Source: Bacteroidales bacterium | Lineage (GTDB): Bacteria > Bacteroidota > Bacteroidia > Bacteroidales > UBA12077 | Direction: 5' to 3' | Assembly (NCBI GenBank): GCA_028282785.1 | Contig: JANQHE010000037.1 | Coordinates: 206,856-270,855 of the forward strand | Length of the DNA: 64,000 nt | In this document: piece after piece, positions 40,846 to 49,966 of the stretch | Numbering within the stretch: position 1 is the stretch's first letter | Layout: every line of letters begins with the position of its first letter | The notes under the pieces: generated by a model | Database searches by the model: none | What the model saw: the letters and a program-made list of their open reading frames with translations, nothing else | Told to the model about the DNA's origin: nothing | Program-made: the position numbers and the translations under genes

Positions 40846-42186
40846 TTAATCAGAAATAAAATTTTCTATGTGATCATCATTACGTATTTCGGCAAGATGA
40901 AACTGTATTCCGTAAGGAGATGGAATATTTACAAAAGTATCGCGCCTTACTCCTTCTCCTTGAGCAGGAAATGATTCTGATTTATACACAACATCTTCTT
41001 TATTTGGAATATACCTTGGTTTGGCGTAATTTAATCTTTTTACTATTTTTGTAATTGTATTGTGATACTCTATCAAAGCTAATTTTTTATACTCTTCTTT
41101 ATATCCCAATTGTACCCTTACAATTTTCATAGCTTTTTCAACCTGGCGCTCCATGATTTCATCCAGGTATGGATAGGTTTCAATCAATACTTTTTTTACT
41201 TCTTCCCTGGCTGGTTGGTCAGTAAGTGAATAATCTATAATATTCAAAATGCTATCTTTTACCCATATACCAAATGTTTCTTTTACACCAGAATAAACGC
41301 CCATCTTATTTTGCCTGCTTTCGGGCCTATCTTTTAGAAGTAACAAACTGGGTATTGCCAACAAATTTGCTAATCCCTTACAGATGTGTACTAATGCTAT
41401 TTTACCCTGATTTGTTAATATGTTCTTAACAATTATATTATATAACAATTGATAAGTTTCACTGAAATATTCAAATCTTTCCGAAACATAGGCATCGTTT
41501 TTATGGCTGGAAATAAACTCTGCAATTTCTTTTGCAGTAATTGATATATTTAGTTGAGAATATACCTGATGTTTTATCGTCTTATGTTTTTTTCGCACAG
41601 AGATTAAAAGGCCTGTATTCTCCAAATTTATTTGCCATACATTACCCAAACCATATTTCTTAAAAATTACCGTTAGCTCCCTAAGATTATATCCAAATGC
41701 TTCATTATTTATCTCATGCATCGTTTTCCTTAAATTTTGCCAAATATTATATAGAGCTTCTTTGTTAATTTCTCCATCAACATTAGCTATCAAAAATGGA
41801 GGAAAACCTATTTCTAATTCATTGTATATGTCTGTTTCCAGAACAAAAGGCATATTAAACAGAGAACTAAAACCATCTGTTTTTCCAAGAACTGTATGCA
41901 CTGGTAATTGTTTGTTCTCTTGTATATTTTTAAAACCATAAGTTGCAAATTCAAATTCAAGCCCAATACTCCTGTTAAGCGACATTATTTTTTTCACATC
42001 TCCATTAAACGTATTATAAAGCCAATCTTGATATTCTCTTTGAGCATTTATTATTTCTTTGATTGTAAAATTTCCATCGGCATGAGCTTTTCTCAGCATA
42101 TCGAGATTGTCACAACATTCTTTTATTTTGTAATTTTTTTCAACTGTTTTCAAAATATTTTTGTAGCTATTAATCCCGGTTATCAT
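40846..42186 (-). CDS. Hypothetical protein (446 aa)
   Basis: No signal peptide. The only motif noted is SIGLEFEFATYG, faintly reminiscent of the first strand of glutamine-synthetase-like amidoligases. This is very tentative. Confidence 0.5.
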   Translation of the reverse strand: MITGINSYKNILKTVEKNYKIKECCDNLDMLRKAHADGNFTIKEIINAQREYQDWLYNTFNGDVKKIMSLNRSIGLEFEFATYGFKNIQENKQLPVHTVLGKTDGFSSLFNMPFVLETDIYNELEIGFPPFLIANVDGEINKEALYNIWQNLRKTMHEINNEAFGYNLRELTVIFKKYGLGNVWQINLENTGLLISVRKKHKTIKHQVYSQLNISITAKEIAEFISSHKNDAYVSERFEYFSETYQLLYNIIVKNILTNQGKIALVHICKGLANLLAIPSLLLLKDRPESRQNKMGVYSGVKETFGIWVKDSILNIIDYSLTDQPAREEVKKVLIETYPYLDEIMERQVEKAMKIVRVQLGYKEEYKKLALIEYHNTITKIVKRLNYAKPRYIPNKEDVVYKSESFPAQGEGVRRDTFVNIPSPYGIQFHLAEIRNDDHIENFISD

Positions 42187-42229
42187 TTGTAGGTTTAAAT
42201 ATTGAACTTGAATTTATATTAAATATTTT

Positions 42230-42583
42230 TTAACCAGACCTTAGGCTCTTGGTGAAATCCTCTATTAAGGATATAGATGCATTGGTTTTAACAAACCTGA
42301 TACCCGCATTTCTTCCCGAAACAGTACTATACATTTGGCTTGCACCAACTATTTCGCCATTGGCAGCTTTTAAAAGAAAGTAGTATTTCCCGTTAGAAGA
42401 TCTTTTTTTCTCAAAACAATCATCATCCAAAGAATTTTCCTGTACTGACTTTACACCTTTTAAACAATTCTGTTTTGTAGTGTATGCTTCTCCTACAAGG
42501 ATTTTTCTTCCGTTTTTAGATAGTAATCTGAACCGATATACCTTACCTGACTGGTATATCTGAAATTTTGATTTCGCTTTCAT
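42230..42583 (-). CDS. YegP-family (DUF1508) tandem-repeat protein
   Basis: Two repeats: FQIYQSGKVYRFRLLSKNGRKILVGEAYTTKQNCLKGVKSV and KYYFLLKAANGEIVGASQMYSTVSGRNAGIRFV. Confidence 0.7.
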   Translation of the reverse strand: MKAKSKFQIYQSGKVYRFRLLSKNGRKILVGEAYTTKQNCLKGVKSVQENSLDDDCFEKKRSSNGKYYFLLKAANGEIVGASQMYSTVSGRNAGIRFVKTNASISLIEDFTKSLRSG

Positions 42584-42767
42584 TTTTTTCTGTATTAGTT
42601 AATAAAAAATTAGGTTATTTAATTGATTATTTGATTTTTATATTATTTATCCTAAGAAATTTTCAAGCTTAAGTTTTTATTTAAACCCGAATTAAATATC
42701 AGTTGGTTATTAAAATATTACTAACGGTTGCGATTAAATGATCTTTATTAATTCCTTATAAACCATG

Positions 42768-43823
42768 TTATAATTTTCCTGCATCAACCTGTTTGAATGT
42801 CTTTTGTGGATTTTTATCTCCAGTTAAAAGGTTTAAGGCATTTATCATTTCTTTTTTTAGTTTTTCCATTTCATTCAATTTTCCAAATACCTTTCCTAAA
42901 CTTCCCACACTTTGACCTAATCCAGGTATACTATCTACTCCCATACCCATCTTTTTTAATACAGTATTAAGCATTTTTTCTATCATTACTTTTGCCGCAT
43001 AAAAAAGTGGATTCGTTAGATAAATCATTATTATATCCTTGACAGTTAAGGTTATTTTTTTTATCAATAGATTAATAGTTATCTTTTTTTGAAGTATATT
43101 GTTAATATCCTTCACGCCTAATAATATTCGATCAAGTTCATCCATAAGAATAATGATTGGCTTGAATACTTGGTTTATTATATGGCATAACTTTTCTATA
43201 ACCTCAATAATCGAATCTGTTGCGGATAGTAATTTATTAACTTGTACAAGAATTTCATTGGGAATAATCAGAATTTTATTTTGCAAATTAGACGCAAAAT
43301 TAAGTCGTTTCTGTGACACAATTTTATACCTACTTTCGGGAAGGGCACTTGTCATCGTATGAGCAACAGTCATTAGTTGCTTGTCTTTTTTTACAAATCC
43401 ATCCACTTTTGTTAAGTTTCTCACGATCTTTTCAATATGCTTTCTGAATTTAGCCAGTTTTTCCCTGTGTGGTTTTATTTTTCTCTCCAGGCTATCAACT
43501 CTTTTTTTAGCTTGTTTAACAATGTTTTTAAGTTGAGCAACTACTTTCTGTGCTATTTTTATTACAGGCCCCACAATTGGTACACTTGATAAAGCCTGTA
43601 ATGCTTTTTCAGTTATTAATAATAAAATTTGCAATTCTCCCAGCTTATCTGCTAATTTTTTTGAGATCATCAATGTTTCCTCAAGATCTTCCAGCGTATT
43701 TTGTAAGGTTTGAAACCTATGAATAAGTTGTAACAAATTATTATCTAAACTTGTTAAATTTTTTATGAGACTAACTGTGTGTTTAGTTTGATCTGTAGAG
43801 TTTGTTGTTGCTATTGTACTCAT
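42768..43823 (-). CDS. All-helical/coiled-coil protein, paralog 1 (351 aa)
   Basis: Colinear with 44291..45322. Shared blocks are HTVS(L/F)I, ISKK(L/I)..KL, LERKI...R..LAK(F/Y)R, LP(E/D)SRYK..SQ(K/E)RLN and NPQ(K/E)TF(K/D)QV. No signal peptide. Confidence 0.6.
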   Translation of the reverse strand: MSTIATTNSTDQTKHTVSLIKNLTSLDNNLLQLIHRFQTLQNTLEDLEETLMISKKLADKLGELQILLLITEKALQALSSVPIVGPVIKIAQKVVAQLKNIVKQAKKRVDSLERKIKPHREKLAKFRKHIEKIVRNLTKVDGFVKKDKQLMTVAHTMTSALPESRYKIVSQKRLNFASNLQNKILIIPNEILVQVNKLLSATDSIIEVIEKLCHIINQVFKPIIILMDELDRILLGVKDINNILQKKITINLLIKKITLTVKDIIMIYLTNPLFYAAKVMIEKMLNTVLKKMGMGVDSIPGLGQSVGSLGKVFGKLNEMEKLKKEMINALNLLTGDKNPQKTFKQVDAGKL

Positions 43824-43878
43824 AATTTTACTTTTAAAGTTATTAACCCGATTATATATTTACTTAGCTATAGAATTA

Positions 43879-44229
43879 TCACGGTTTATTTAGTATTCTG
43901 GACAATGATTTACTTAAATATTTTTGAGCCCATGTTTTACCTTTACCTGTTGTTCTTTCCTGCTTTTTAGAAGTTGAATCCCGCTCGCTCTCCAACTGGC
44001 TTAAAAGATCATAAGCTTCACGCAATGATTGCCTAACACTTCTGTTTTTTACATCTCCCTGCCTTTGTTCGGTTTGAGCTTTCCTAATTAACCTTATTAC
44101 CCTGGAGCATTTTGTTTTTGTATTTCGTGACCTTGGTATTAACGACTTTGCCATTTCCATTGCATTCTTTAGAATACTTTTTTCAACAGGTTGGTCATTC
44201 TCTTCAATTGTTTCTATTTTCCAAATCAT
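43879..44229 (-). CDS. Small basic helical protein (116 aa)
   Basis: ORF between the two helical paralogs. It is Arg/Lys-rich and no motif was recognised. Confidence 0.4.
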   Translation of the reverse strand: MIWKIETIEENDQPVEKSILKNAMEMAKSLIPRSRNTKTKCSRVIRLIRKAQTEQRQGDVKNRSVRQSLREAYDLLSQLESERDSTSKKQERTTGKGKTWAQKYLSKSLSRILNKP

Positions 44230-44290
44230 ATTTTTACATTTTCAAATTATTGATTACTCTCATTTTTCAGTTTATTCTTTTATTGAGCTT

Positions 44291-45322
44291 TTAATCTCTT
44301 TGTTCTTCAACCTGATCAAAAGTTTCCTGAGGATTGTTTTTATCAATAAAATTTGAAATAGCACTTTGTATTTCGTTTTTATCTTTTTCAATAGTTCTTA
44401 ATTTTGCTACAGCCTTTTCTAAACTTTCTAAGCTTGGGCCTATACCTGCTATCTCAACTGTATTTACCATTAATTCTTTTAATAATGGTTCCAGAATATC
44501 TACTGCCGATATTGTAAGGTCCTTTATCCCTGTTGTTGCTTCTGTAATAGTAATTATCTTTTTAATTGCAAGTGCTGTTTTTCCACCTGGGTATGTAACA
44601 CTCAATACTTTATTCAAAGCCTCATTTATTTTATCAACAGTATTTATTATACGATTTGCCTCGCTTAACACTTCCTGGATAGGAATTGTAACTTTTTCAG
44701 CAGTTTCGCAAAGCTTTTGAATATCAAATAGGTTTGATTCAATTTTGGCTATTAAGTCAATTACTTTGTCAACAACTATATTGGGAATTTCCAATAATTT
44801 AATTTGTAATTCAGAGGAATTGTTGAGCCGTTCTTGCGAAAGGTTTTTATACCTGCTGTCAGGCAATTTTGTATTCATTTTATGAGTCTTATCGGCTTGT
44901 TGCCCTTCTTTTTTAAGGAATTTCTCAGTATCGGTCAGGGCTTTTACTGTCGTATTTATATAAGCCCTGTATTTTGCCAACATATTTCTATAAGATCTTA
45001 TCTTTCTTTCTAATTCGTTGGCTTTTGCTTTTGGTTGCTCAATTTCCTCCCTTATATTAAGCTCTGACTTGTGCGATTCTTTTGCAACATCGCCTACATA
45101 AGATATGTTTAACAAACCGGATAAAGCATTTCCTGCTTTCTCAAGTACATCGTATACTTCATTGAGTTTTTCGCTTATTTTTTTTGAAATCAACAGTTCT
45201 TTTTCTGTCTCTTCTAAAGTAGTTGTTTGAGATTTAAATTTTTCTATAAGTTCTTCCAGGTTTTTATCCAGGTTTTTTATGTTCCCAATAAAACTTACTG
45301 TATGTTGCGTTAACTTTTTCAT
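44291..45322 (-). CDS. All-helical/coiled-coil protein, paralog 2 (343 aa)
   Basis: See 42768..43823. Confidence 0.6.
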   Translation of the reverse strand: MKKLTQHTVSFIGNIKNLDKNLEELIEKFKSQTTTLEETEKELLISKKISEKLNEVYDVLEKAGNALSGLLNISYVGDVAKESHKSELNIREEIEQPKAKANELERKIRSYRNMLAKYRAYINTTVKALTDTEKFLKKEGQQADKTHKMNTKLPDSRYKNLSQERLNNSSELQIKLLEIPNIVVDKVIDLIAKIESNLFDIQKLCETAEKVTIPIQEVLSEANRIINTVDKINEALNKVLSVTYPGGKTALAIKKIITITEATTGIKDLTISAVDILEPLLKELMVNTVEIAGIGPSLESLEKAVAKLRTIEKDKNEIQSAISNFIDKNNPQETFDQVEEQRD

Positions 45323-45502
45323 AATTAAAGGTTTTAATGGATTTATAGATATTAATTAATTATTTATTGAATGGCATTGTTAATTAATTCCATCTTTACA
45401 TTATATGATATTGCGTGTGTACCTATTTTGAAATAATTAAACTCCAAAATTGGGAACATATACTATAGTATATCTGTATTATCTCTACTATCATTGCTGA
45501 TT

Positions 45503-45961
45503 TCACTTTCTCTTACCCTGAAATATAGTAGTAACGGTTGCGGATAAAAAAGCCAACAAAGCACCCAGCACAATATTAAAAGACTGAGAAGCCAATTGCT
45601 GAATATCATTTGCATTTTCTTCCGCTTTTCTCACAAGATCATTAATTGTGGTTTTAAATACATCTTCATCTTGATTGTCTGGCAGGTTATCACTGTATTT
45701 TTCAATAATAGCAAAATACTTTTCTACATTTTCCTCAGGATCATTAAATGCCATGGGCCAAAAAGCAATATAACCGATGTAACCAAAAATAACAATGTAT
45801 ACCAACATTACGTAAATCCAGATTTTCACAACTCCGAAATTGGATTTTTCATTTGGTTCGTTTATTCCGGCTTCTTCTATATCCGATTCATTTTCTGGTT
45901 TATCTATAAGCTTACATATAAACTCTTTCATTTTTCTAAATAGTTTAAAAATTAAATTCAT
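45503..45961 (-). CDS. Small membrane protein (2 TM helices)
   Basis: TM1 is VVKIWIYVMLVYIVIFGYIGYIAFWPMAF and the C-terminal TM is FNIVLGALLAFLSATVTTIF. Confidence 0.5.
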   Translation of the reverse strand: MNLIFKLFRKMKEFICKLIDKPENESDIEEAGINEPNEKSNFGVVKIWIYVMLVYIVIFGYIGYIAFWPMAFNDPEENVEKYFAIIEKYSDNLPDNQDEDVFKTTINDLVRKAEENANDIQQLASQSFNIVLGALLAFLSATVTTIFQGKRK

Positions 45962-46092
45962 CTTAATATTCTATTAGTGTTGTAAGCAATTGTAGCCTAT
46001 TATAAAAGGATTGTAAAGACTAATAATGCAACCCTTTTGAGGGAGTTTTATATAACCCGATAAAGTATAAATAAAGAGTTTTTATTCTCCAT

Positions 46093-46140
46093 TTGATTGA
46101 AAACCTGCGTGGACAAAGCTTCGACAGGCTTTCAAATCAA
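46093..46140 (-). promoter_or_regulatory. Long imperfect hairpin downstream of the five-gene run
   Basis: Arms TTGATTGAAAACCTG (46093..46107) and CAGGCTTTCAAATCAA (46125..46140) pair at ~13/15 positions. It lies 45 nt after the stop at 46185 and has no U-tract, so it is not a canonical terminator. Confidence 0.3.
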
Positions 46141-46184
46141 ACAAGGATACACAGTGAAACAAGCATGTATTTAAAATATCGTTT

Positions 46185-46730
46185 CTAAGGTGTCATTCTT
46201 GAAATAATAAGATCAAGCATTTTTTGCAAACCTTCAGGTTTATCTTGCATGTTTGCTTCAACTCGAAATTGATATTTTGCCCCCATACTGGTTTTTCGAG
46301 TATTTTCTTTTGACTCACTAATTTTTCCCAGCATTTCTGTTTTCTTCAATGAAAACAGTTTTAGTTTTTTCATCTTATCTTCCTGATTACTATTATACTT
46401 ATTGGCATTTTCGATAGTTGTTTTCACCTCCAACTGAAAATCGACGGTAACCTTGTCAATCATTAATGAAGGAATAGGAAGTAAAGAAAGAAGTGGTGCT
46501 TTAACTGTTTCCTTGGCATAGGTAACAACTCCATCTTCTAATTTTTCTGCGATTGGGACATCAAAATCGATGGTTTTCAACTCTCCTTCATCATCGAACC
46601 CAATTAGTTTAATAAACTCATATGTACTCTCCGCTAAAGCGATCTGAGATTCCATAGTTGCACGAAACGGTGCACCAATAAGTTCTTTCATGGGCAATGA
46701 ACGAAGTTGATTTGCAACATTATTTTCCAT
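46185..46730 (-). CDS. Island family-1 protein (DUF2589-like), paralog 1
   Basis: LPMKELIGAPFRATMESQIALAESTYEFIKLIGFDD..APLLSLLPIPSLMIDKVTVDFQLEV..AKYQFRVEA..PEGLQKMLDLI. The same blocks occur in 47237.., 49052.. and 55284.., and more weakly in 46732... No signal peptide or TM helix. Confidence 0.6.
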   Translation of the reverse strand: MENNVANQLRSLPMKELIGAPFRATMESQIALAESTYEFIKLIGFDDEGELKTIDFDVPIAEKLEDGVVTYAKETVKAPLLSLLPIPSLMIDKVTVDFQLEVKTTIENANKYNSNQEDKMKKLKLFSLKKTEMLGKISESKENTRKTSMGAKYQFRVEANMQDKPEGLQKMLDLIISRMTP

Positions 46731-46731
46731 T

Positions 46732-47205
46732 TTATTTATCTTTTGGTATTACATTATTTGCAAAACTTTCGATAATACGCTGGATACCCTCCGGCGCATC
46801 ACCCTGTTTAAATTTCATCTTTAAATCAATCATATTCGTATCTCTACCAGATTTAACACCTCCTGAAGCAAAAGAAATATTAAAACTTGCACGATGAATT
46901 TCGTCACCTGCTTTTGTTATTTCCTTTTTTTTATCGATGCCATCAACCCTCAAACTCATATCAACTTCCAGCTCATCAAGTTCCATTCCCGTAGGTGTAA
47001 CGAGAGTAATTAAGGGAATATCAATAGATGTGTCATCTGAAATATTTATTCCCATTGAAATAGGATTTTGATCATCATCAAAGTAGCGGTCCAATAATTT
47101 AATATAAAATTTCTCAACGACATCTTGCGCTGCATTAACCGTATATTGTATTCCTTTAGCAATATCCGACAAGGTTTGTCCAGTTTTTTTATTTTCTTCT
47201 TTCAT
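46732..47205 (-). CDS. Island family-1 protein, divergent paralog 2
   Basis: IDIPLITLVTPTGMELDELEVDMSLRV..IDLKMKFKQGDAPEGIQRIIESF follows the same order of blocks. There is only a 1-nt gap to the next gene. Confidence 0.5.
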   Translation of the reverse strand: MKEENKKTGQTLSDIAKGIQYTVNAAQDVVEKFYIKLLDRYFDDDQNPISMGINISDDTSIDIPLITLVTPTGMELDELEVDMSLRVDGIDKKKEITKAGDEIHRASFNISFASGGVKSGRDTNMIDLKMKFKQGDAPEGIQRIIESFANNVIPKDK

Positions 47206-47236
47206 TTGTTTATATTTTTCTTAATTGTTTACGTTA

Positions 47237-47809
47237 TCATTTGTTTTCAACTTTTGGAACAAGACTAGCCTCTGTAAGAATATCTATAATCTTGCTTAAG
47301 GATTCCGGTTGTTCCTGTTTTTTTGCAACTACTTTAAAACTATATTTAGCACTCGTATCCGACGAGCGTGCATTAGCCGATTGATGTGTCAGGCTCGTTT
47401 CTATATTCATATTATCCTTTTCCACTTCAATTCGTCTTCCTTGCGAATCTTTAATGAATTGTTTTTCCTTTTTATTACTTGAAGTATGAATGCGTAAATC
47501 GAAGGCAACTTCCACATTCTCAATAGCTAGAGATGGCGGTTGCACCAACGCCAGATAAGGAAGGTCTACAGATATTTTACGTGATTTACCATTTGGATTT
47601 CCCTCATTGTCAACTTCATCAGATTCAAAAGCAAACGGGATCATTCGAACGTCTCCATTTTTATCTACGGCAACTTTATCCAGAAATTCTAACATTTCAT
47701 CGTTCATAATCGATTGAGCCTTGACAGCTGCTACGATCGGAGCAGCTACCATTTTTTCTATTGCAAGGGGTTTAATAACACCCGCTACTGATTCATCATT
47801 TTTAGCCAT
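47237..47809 (-). CDS. Island family-1 protein, paralog 3
   Basis: LAIEKMVAAPIVAAVKAQSIMNDEMLEFL..VDLPYLALVQPPSLAIENVEVAFDLRI..AKYSFKVVA..PESLSKIIDIL. Confidence 0.6.
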   Translation of the reverse strand: MAKNDESVAGVIKPLAIEKMVAAPIVAAVKAQSIMNDEMLEFLDKVAVDKNGDVRMIPFAFESDEVDNEGNPNGKSRKISVDLPYLALVQPPSLAIENVEVAFDLRIHTSSNKKEKQFIKDSQGRRIEVEKDNMNIETSLTHQSANARSSDTSAKYSFKVVAKKQEQPESLSKIIDILTEASLVPKVENK

Positions 47810-47829
47810 TATTTTTAATTTTAATGTAT

Positions 47830-48390
47830 TTATTCATTTTTGTGATATATTTTAGTTATGTGATCCTTTTTCGAATACCTCAATTTTTTACTATAGCGTA
47901 GTATTCGTTTGCAAAATGTGACAATTAAATCCCAAAACGATGGTATTTTTTGTAAATGACATTTTACATATTCTGTAATTTCTTCAACAACATCTTCGGT
48001 AAGGTCATTTTTATAATGTTCAAATTGAATCTTTAAATCTCTTTTCGATGTTTGTGTGGCATTTATAGTAAAGGCTGTTTTTTTAGCTTCTTCCTGAGTA
48101 TCATTTTTATATTCGATGAGCTTATTTTTTAATTTGAATCTCTTTAAAGGGAAACTAACGGATAATAACTCTAAATCATAAGTATATACTTGCATTGCTT
48201 TGGTCAAAATCGTTTCAGTATCAGCAGGCTTTGAAGATGCATTCTTTAAGTACTTCCTGTTATTTTCCAAATACCTTTCGACAACAGATTGCTTAAAGTG
48301 GGTTTCTGTTTTTTTAAGTTGCTTAAAAATATCTTGATTCCCTCTGGCTACAGCTATAAGTCCTTTAACACTTGAAATTCTTTTTCCCAT
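47830..48390 (-). CDS. Hypothetical protein (186 aa)
   Basis: ORF in the operon. The C-terminus contains a tandem RYSKKL/RYSKKD duplication. No recognised motif. Confidence 0.45.
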   Translation of the reverse strand: MGKRISSVKGLIAVARGNQDIFKQLKKTETHFKQSVVERYLENNRKYLKNASSKPADTETILTKAMQVYTYDLELLSVSFPLKRFKLKNKLIEYKNDTQEEAKKTAFTINATQTSKRDLKIQFEHYKNDLTEDVVEEITEYVKCHLQKIPSFWDLIVTFCKRILRYSKKLRYSKKDHITKIYHKNE

Positions 48391-48401
48391 TACTATTTTT
48401 A

Positions 48402-48911
48402 TTAAATTGACTGAACCCCAATAAAAAGATCTATGATTAAATCATCGATCGATTGATTTGGTGTTATTTTATTACGGTATATATTGTATATTGGGGTTAC
48501 AACCTGGAGGTTGTTTTCTGATATGTATTGGTGCAGTATATCATAAGCGGTATTTAAAAGCTCCGGATTTCCCTTGTGTGTTGCATAAATCCCATTCTCA
48601 AGTTGAAAGGTTTTAATAAACTTATAATCCCCTGTGTTAAAACTTTTTTCTAATTGGCTGATATTTTTATTTTTATATAAGCTATTCTTAATATCAACAG
48701 GAATCATAATTTCAATATCTAATATCTTCTTATCATTTTCGTCATTTATATTATGGACGGTTGTTATAATACCTCCGTTTTGGTTTAATTTGTGTTTTTT
48801 TATGAAAGCAGTTAAATTGGCAAATTCCTTATTCACTTCAACTTCAAGAACTTCTTTTCTACATGCCAAAAGATTTTCTAATTTAATTTCCGCATTCTCA
48901 TATATATCCAT
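48402..48911 (-). CDS. GyrI-like/AraC-effector-binding-domain-like small-molecule-binding protein
   Basis: 169 aa. The pattern ..GGIITTVHN..IEIMIPV.. and ..GIYATHKGNPELLNTAYDILHQYISENNLQV..PIYNIY resembles the duplicated beta-alpha-beta-beta GyrI-like fold. Confidence 0.4.
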   Translation of the reverse strand: MDIYENAEIKLENLLACRKEVLEVEVNKEFANLTAFIKKHKLNQNGGIITTVHNINDENDKKILDIEIMIPVDIKNSLYKNKNISQLEKSFNTGDYKFIKTFQLENGIYATHKGNPELLNTAYDILHQYISENNLQVVTPIYNIYRNKITPNQSIDDLIIDLFIGVQSI

Positions 48912-48934
48912 AATGATAAAGTGTTTTTTTGATT

Positions 48935-49038
48935 GAGGTTGCCGAAAGATTTTTGCCTATCTTAATCTGCCCGGTTCAAGTAGTTTTGATAGGCTAATTA
49001 TAAACAATACAAACCCTACTTTCATCTTCGACAACCTC
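48935..49038. repeat. MITE-like palindromic element, copy C (104 bp)
   Basis: GAGGTTGCCGAAAGAT...ATCTTCGACAACCTC. It is inserted between 49052..49618 and 48402..48911. Confidence 0.55.
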
Positions 49039-49051
49039 ATTTTAAACTAAA

Positions 49052-49618
49052 TTATGCAGTTGCTGTTTGTGCTCCTCCTTGTATAGGAGTAATACAACTT
49101 GCGATAATATCCATTAACTTACTCATACCCTCTGCAGGAGGCTGCTGAGATCCATTAACAACAACTTTATATGTTGCTGATTGGTCAGATGACCTGGTTC
49201 TTTCTTCAGAACTTTTACAAGAAGCTTTGAAAGCAACACTAAAGCCCCAAACTGAACCTGACACACCTAAAGAAGCCTCTCTAGAACTTGATGTAGTTGT
49301 AGTATCTGATGTTTTAACTTCCATTGTAAATTCAACATTTATTGAATCAATCAACAATGAAGGTATTGGAACCAGCCCAATTAAAGGGGCCCTTACCTGA
49401 ATAGGCATTACACTTACCTTACCTGTTGTACCATCTGTAACAGTTTGGTCTAATTTAAACTCTAAAATTCGTGTTGTACCGTCATCGTTAAAAGCAAGTA
49501 AATCCACATACTTTATAAATTCATCTGCTAATAATATTTGTGACTCACAAGCAGCTTTAAACGGATTCGCGATTAGTTCGCGCATCGGTAAACTGGCAAA
49601 AGAACTAGCTACGCTCAT
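49052..49618 (-). CDS. Island family-1 protein (DUF2589-like), paralog 4
   Basis: LPMRELIANPFKAACESQILLADEFIKYVDLLAFND..APLIGLVPIPSLLIDSINVEFTMEV..ATYKVVV..AEGMSKLMDII, with a Ser/Thr-rich insert. Confidence 0.6.
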   Translation of the reverse strand: MSVASSFASLPMRELIANPFKAACESQILLADEFIKYVDLLAFNDDGTTRILEFKLDQTVTDGTTGKVSVMPIQVRAPLIGLVPIPSLLIDSINVEFTMEVKTSDTTTTSSSREASLGVSGSVWGFSVAFKASCKSSEERTRSSDQSATYKVVVNGSQQPPAEGMSKLMDIIASCITPIQGGAQTATA

Positions 49619-49966
49619 AATTTTTGATTTTTAATTTTTTTCTCTATTGAGAAATGTTATTTATTATTTGTTATTATTATTCGTACATTGAAAAACAACT
49701 ATCATTTTTAATGTATATTCTGTTGTATTTTATTAGCATGTACCAGCTATTTATTTCTTTGTTATGTCATATCCACCCCCCTCTCTTGTTTAAAATGTTC
49801 AACATACTTCATGCACCCACCCATTTAAACAATCCTTATTCAATTGCAGGTTAGGTCAACAAAGCTACCCGTATGAACAAATTGTTCAGATTGGACTTTA
49901 ATTACAATTGATATTGTTAATTTGCTTTGTTTTGGTTTATCAAGTTTACCTGTAAAAAGGCGAAGT

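Noticed and set aside
40846-42186. Assignment of the 446-aa protein as a glutamine-synthetase-like amidoligase
   Set aside because: The call rests on a single GLEFEF strand-like motif, which is too weak to report as a call. It is left as hypothetical.
45420-45470. Possible eleventh promoter module upstream of 44291..45322 (ccaaaattgggaacatatactatagtatatctg)
   Set aside because: It shows only partial similarity, with shorter spacing, no GTCCGAT and no TAnnTTTG at the right offset.
49654-49854. 66-aa plus-strand ORF, and a possible decayed module with a G-rich SD-like tract and ATG-ACA-TAA (49770..49762), upstream of 49052..49618
   Set aside because: The plus-strand ORF is low-complexity intergenic sequence. 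The module-like stretch (GTCCAATCTGAAC..TAGCTTTG) does not keep the fixed spacing of the ten good copies, and the SD is not GGAGG, so I did not count it. It may be a remnant.
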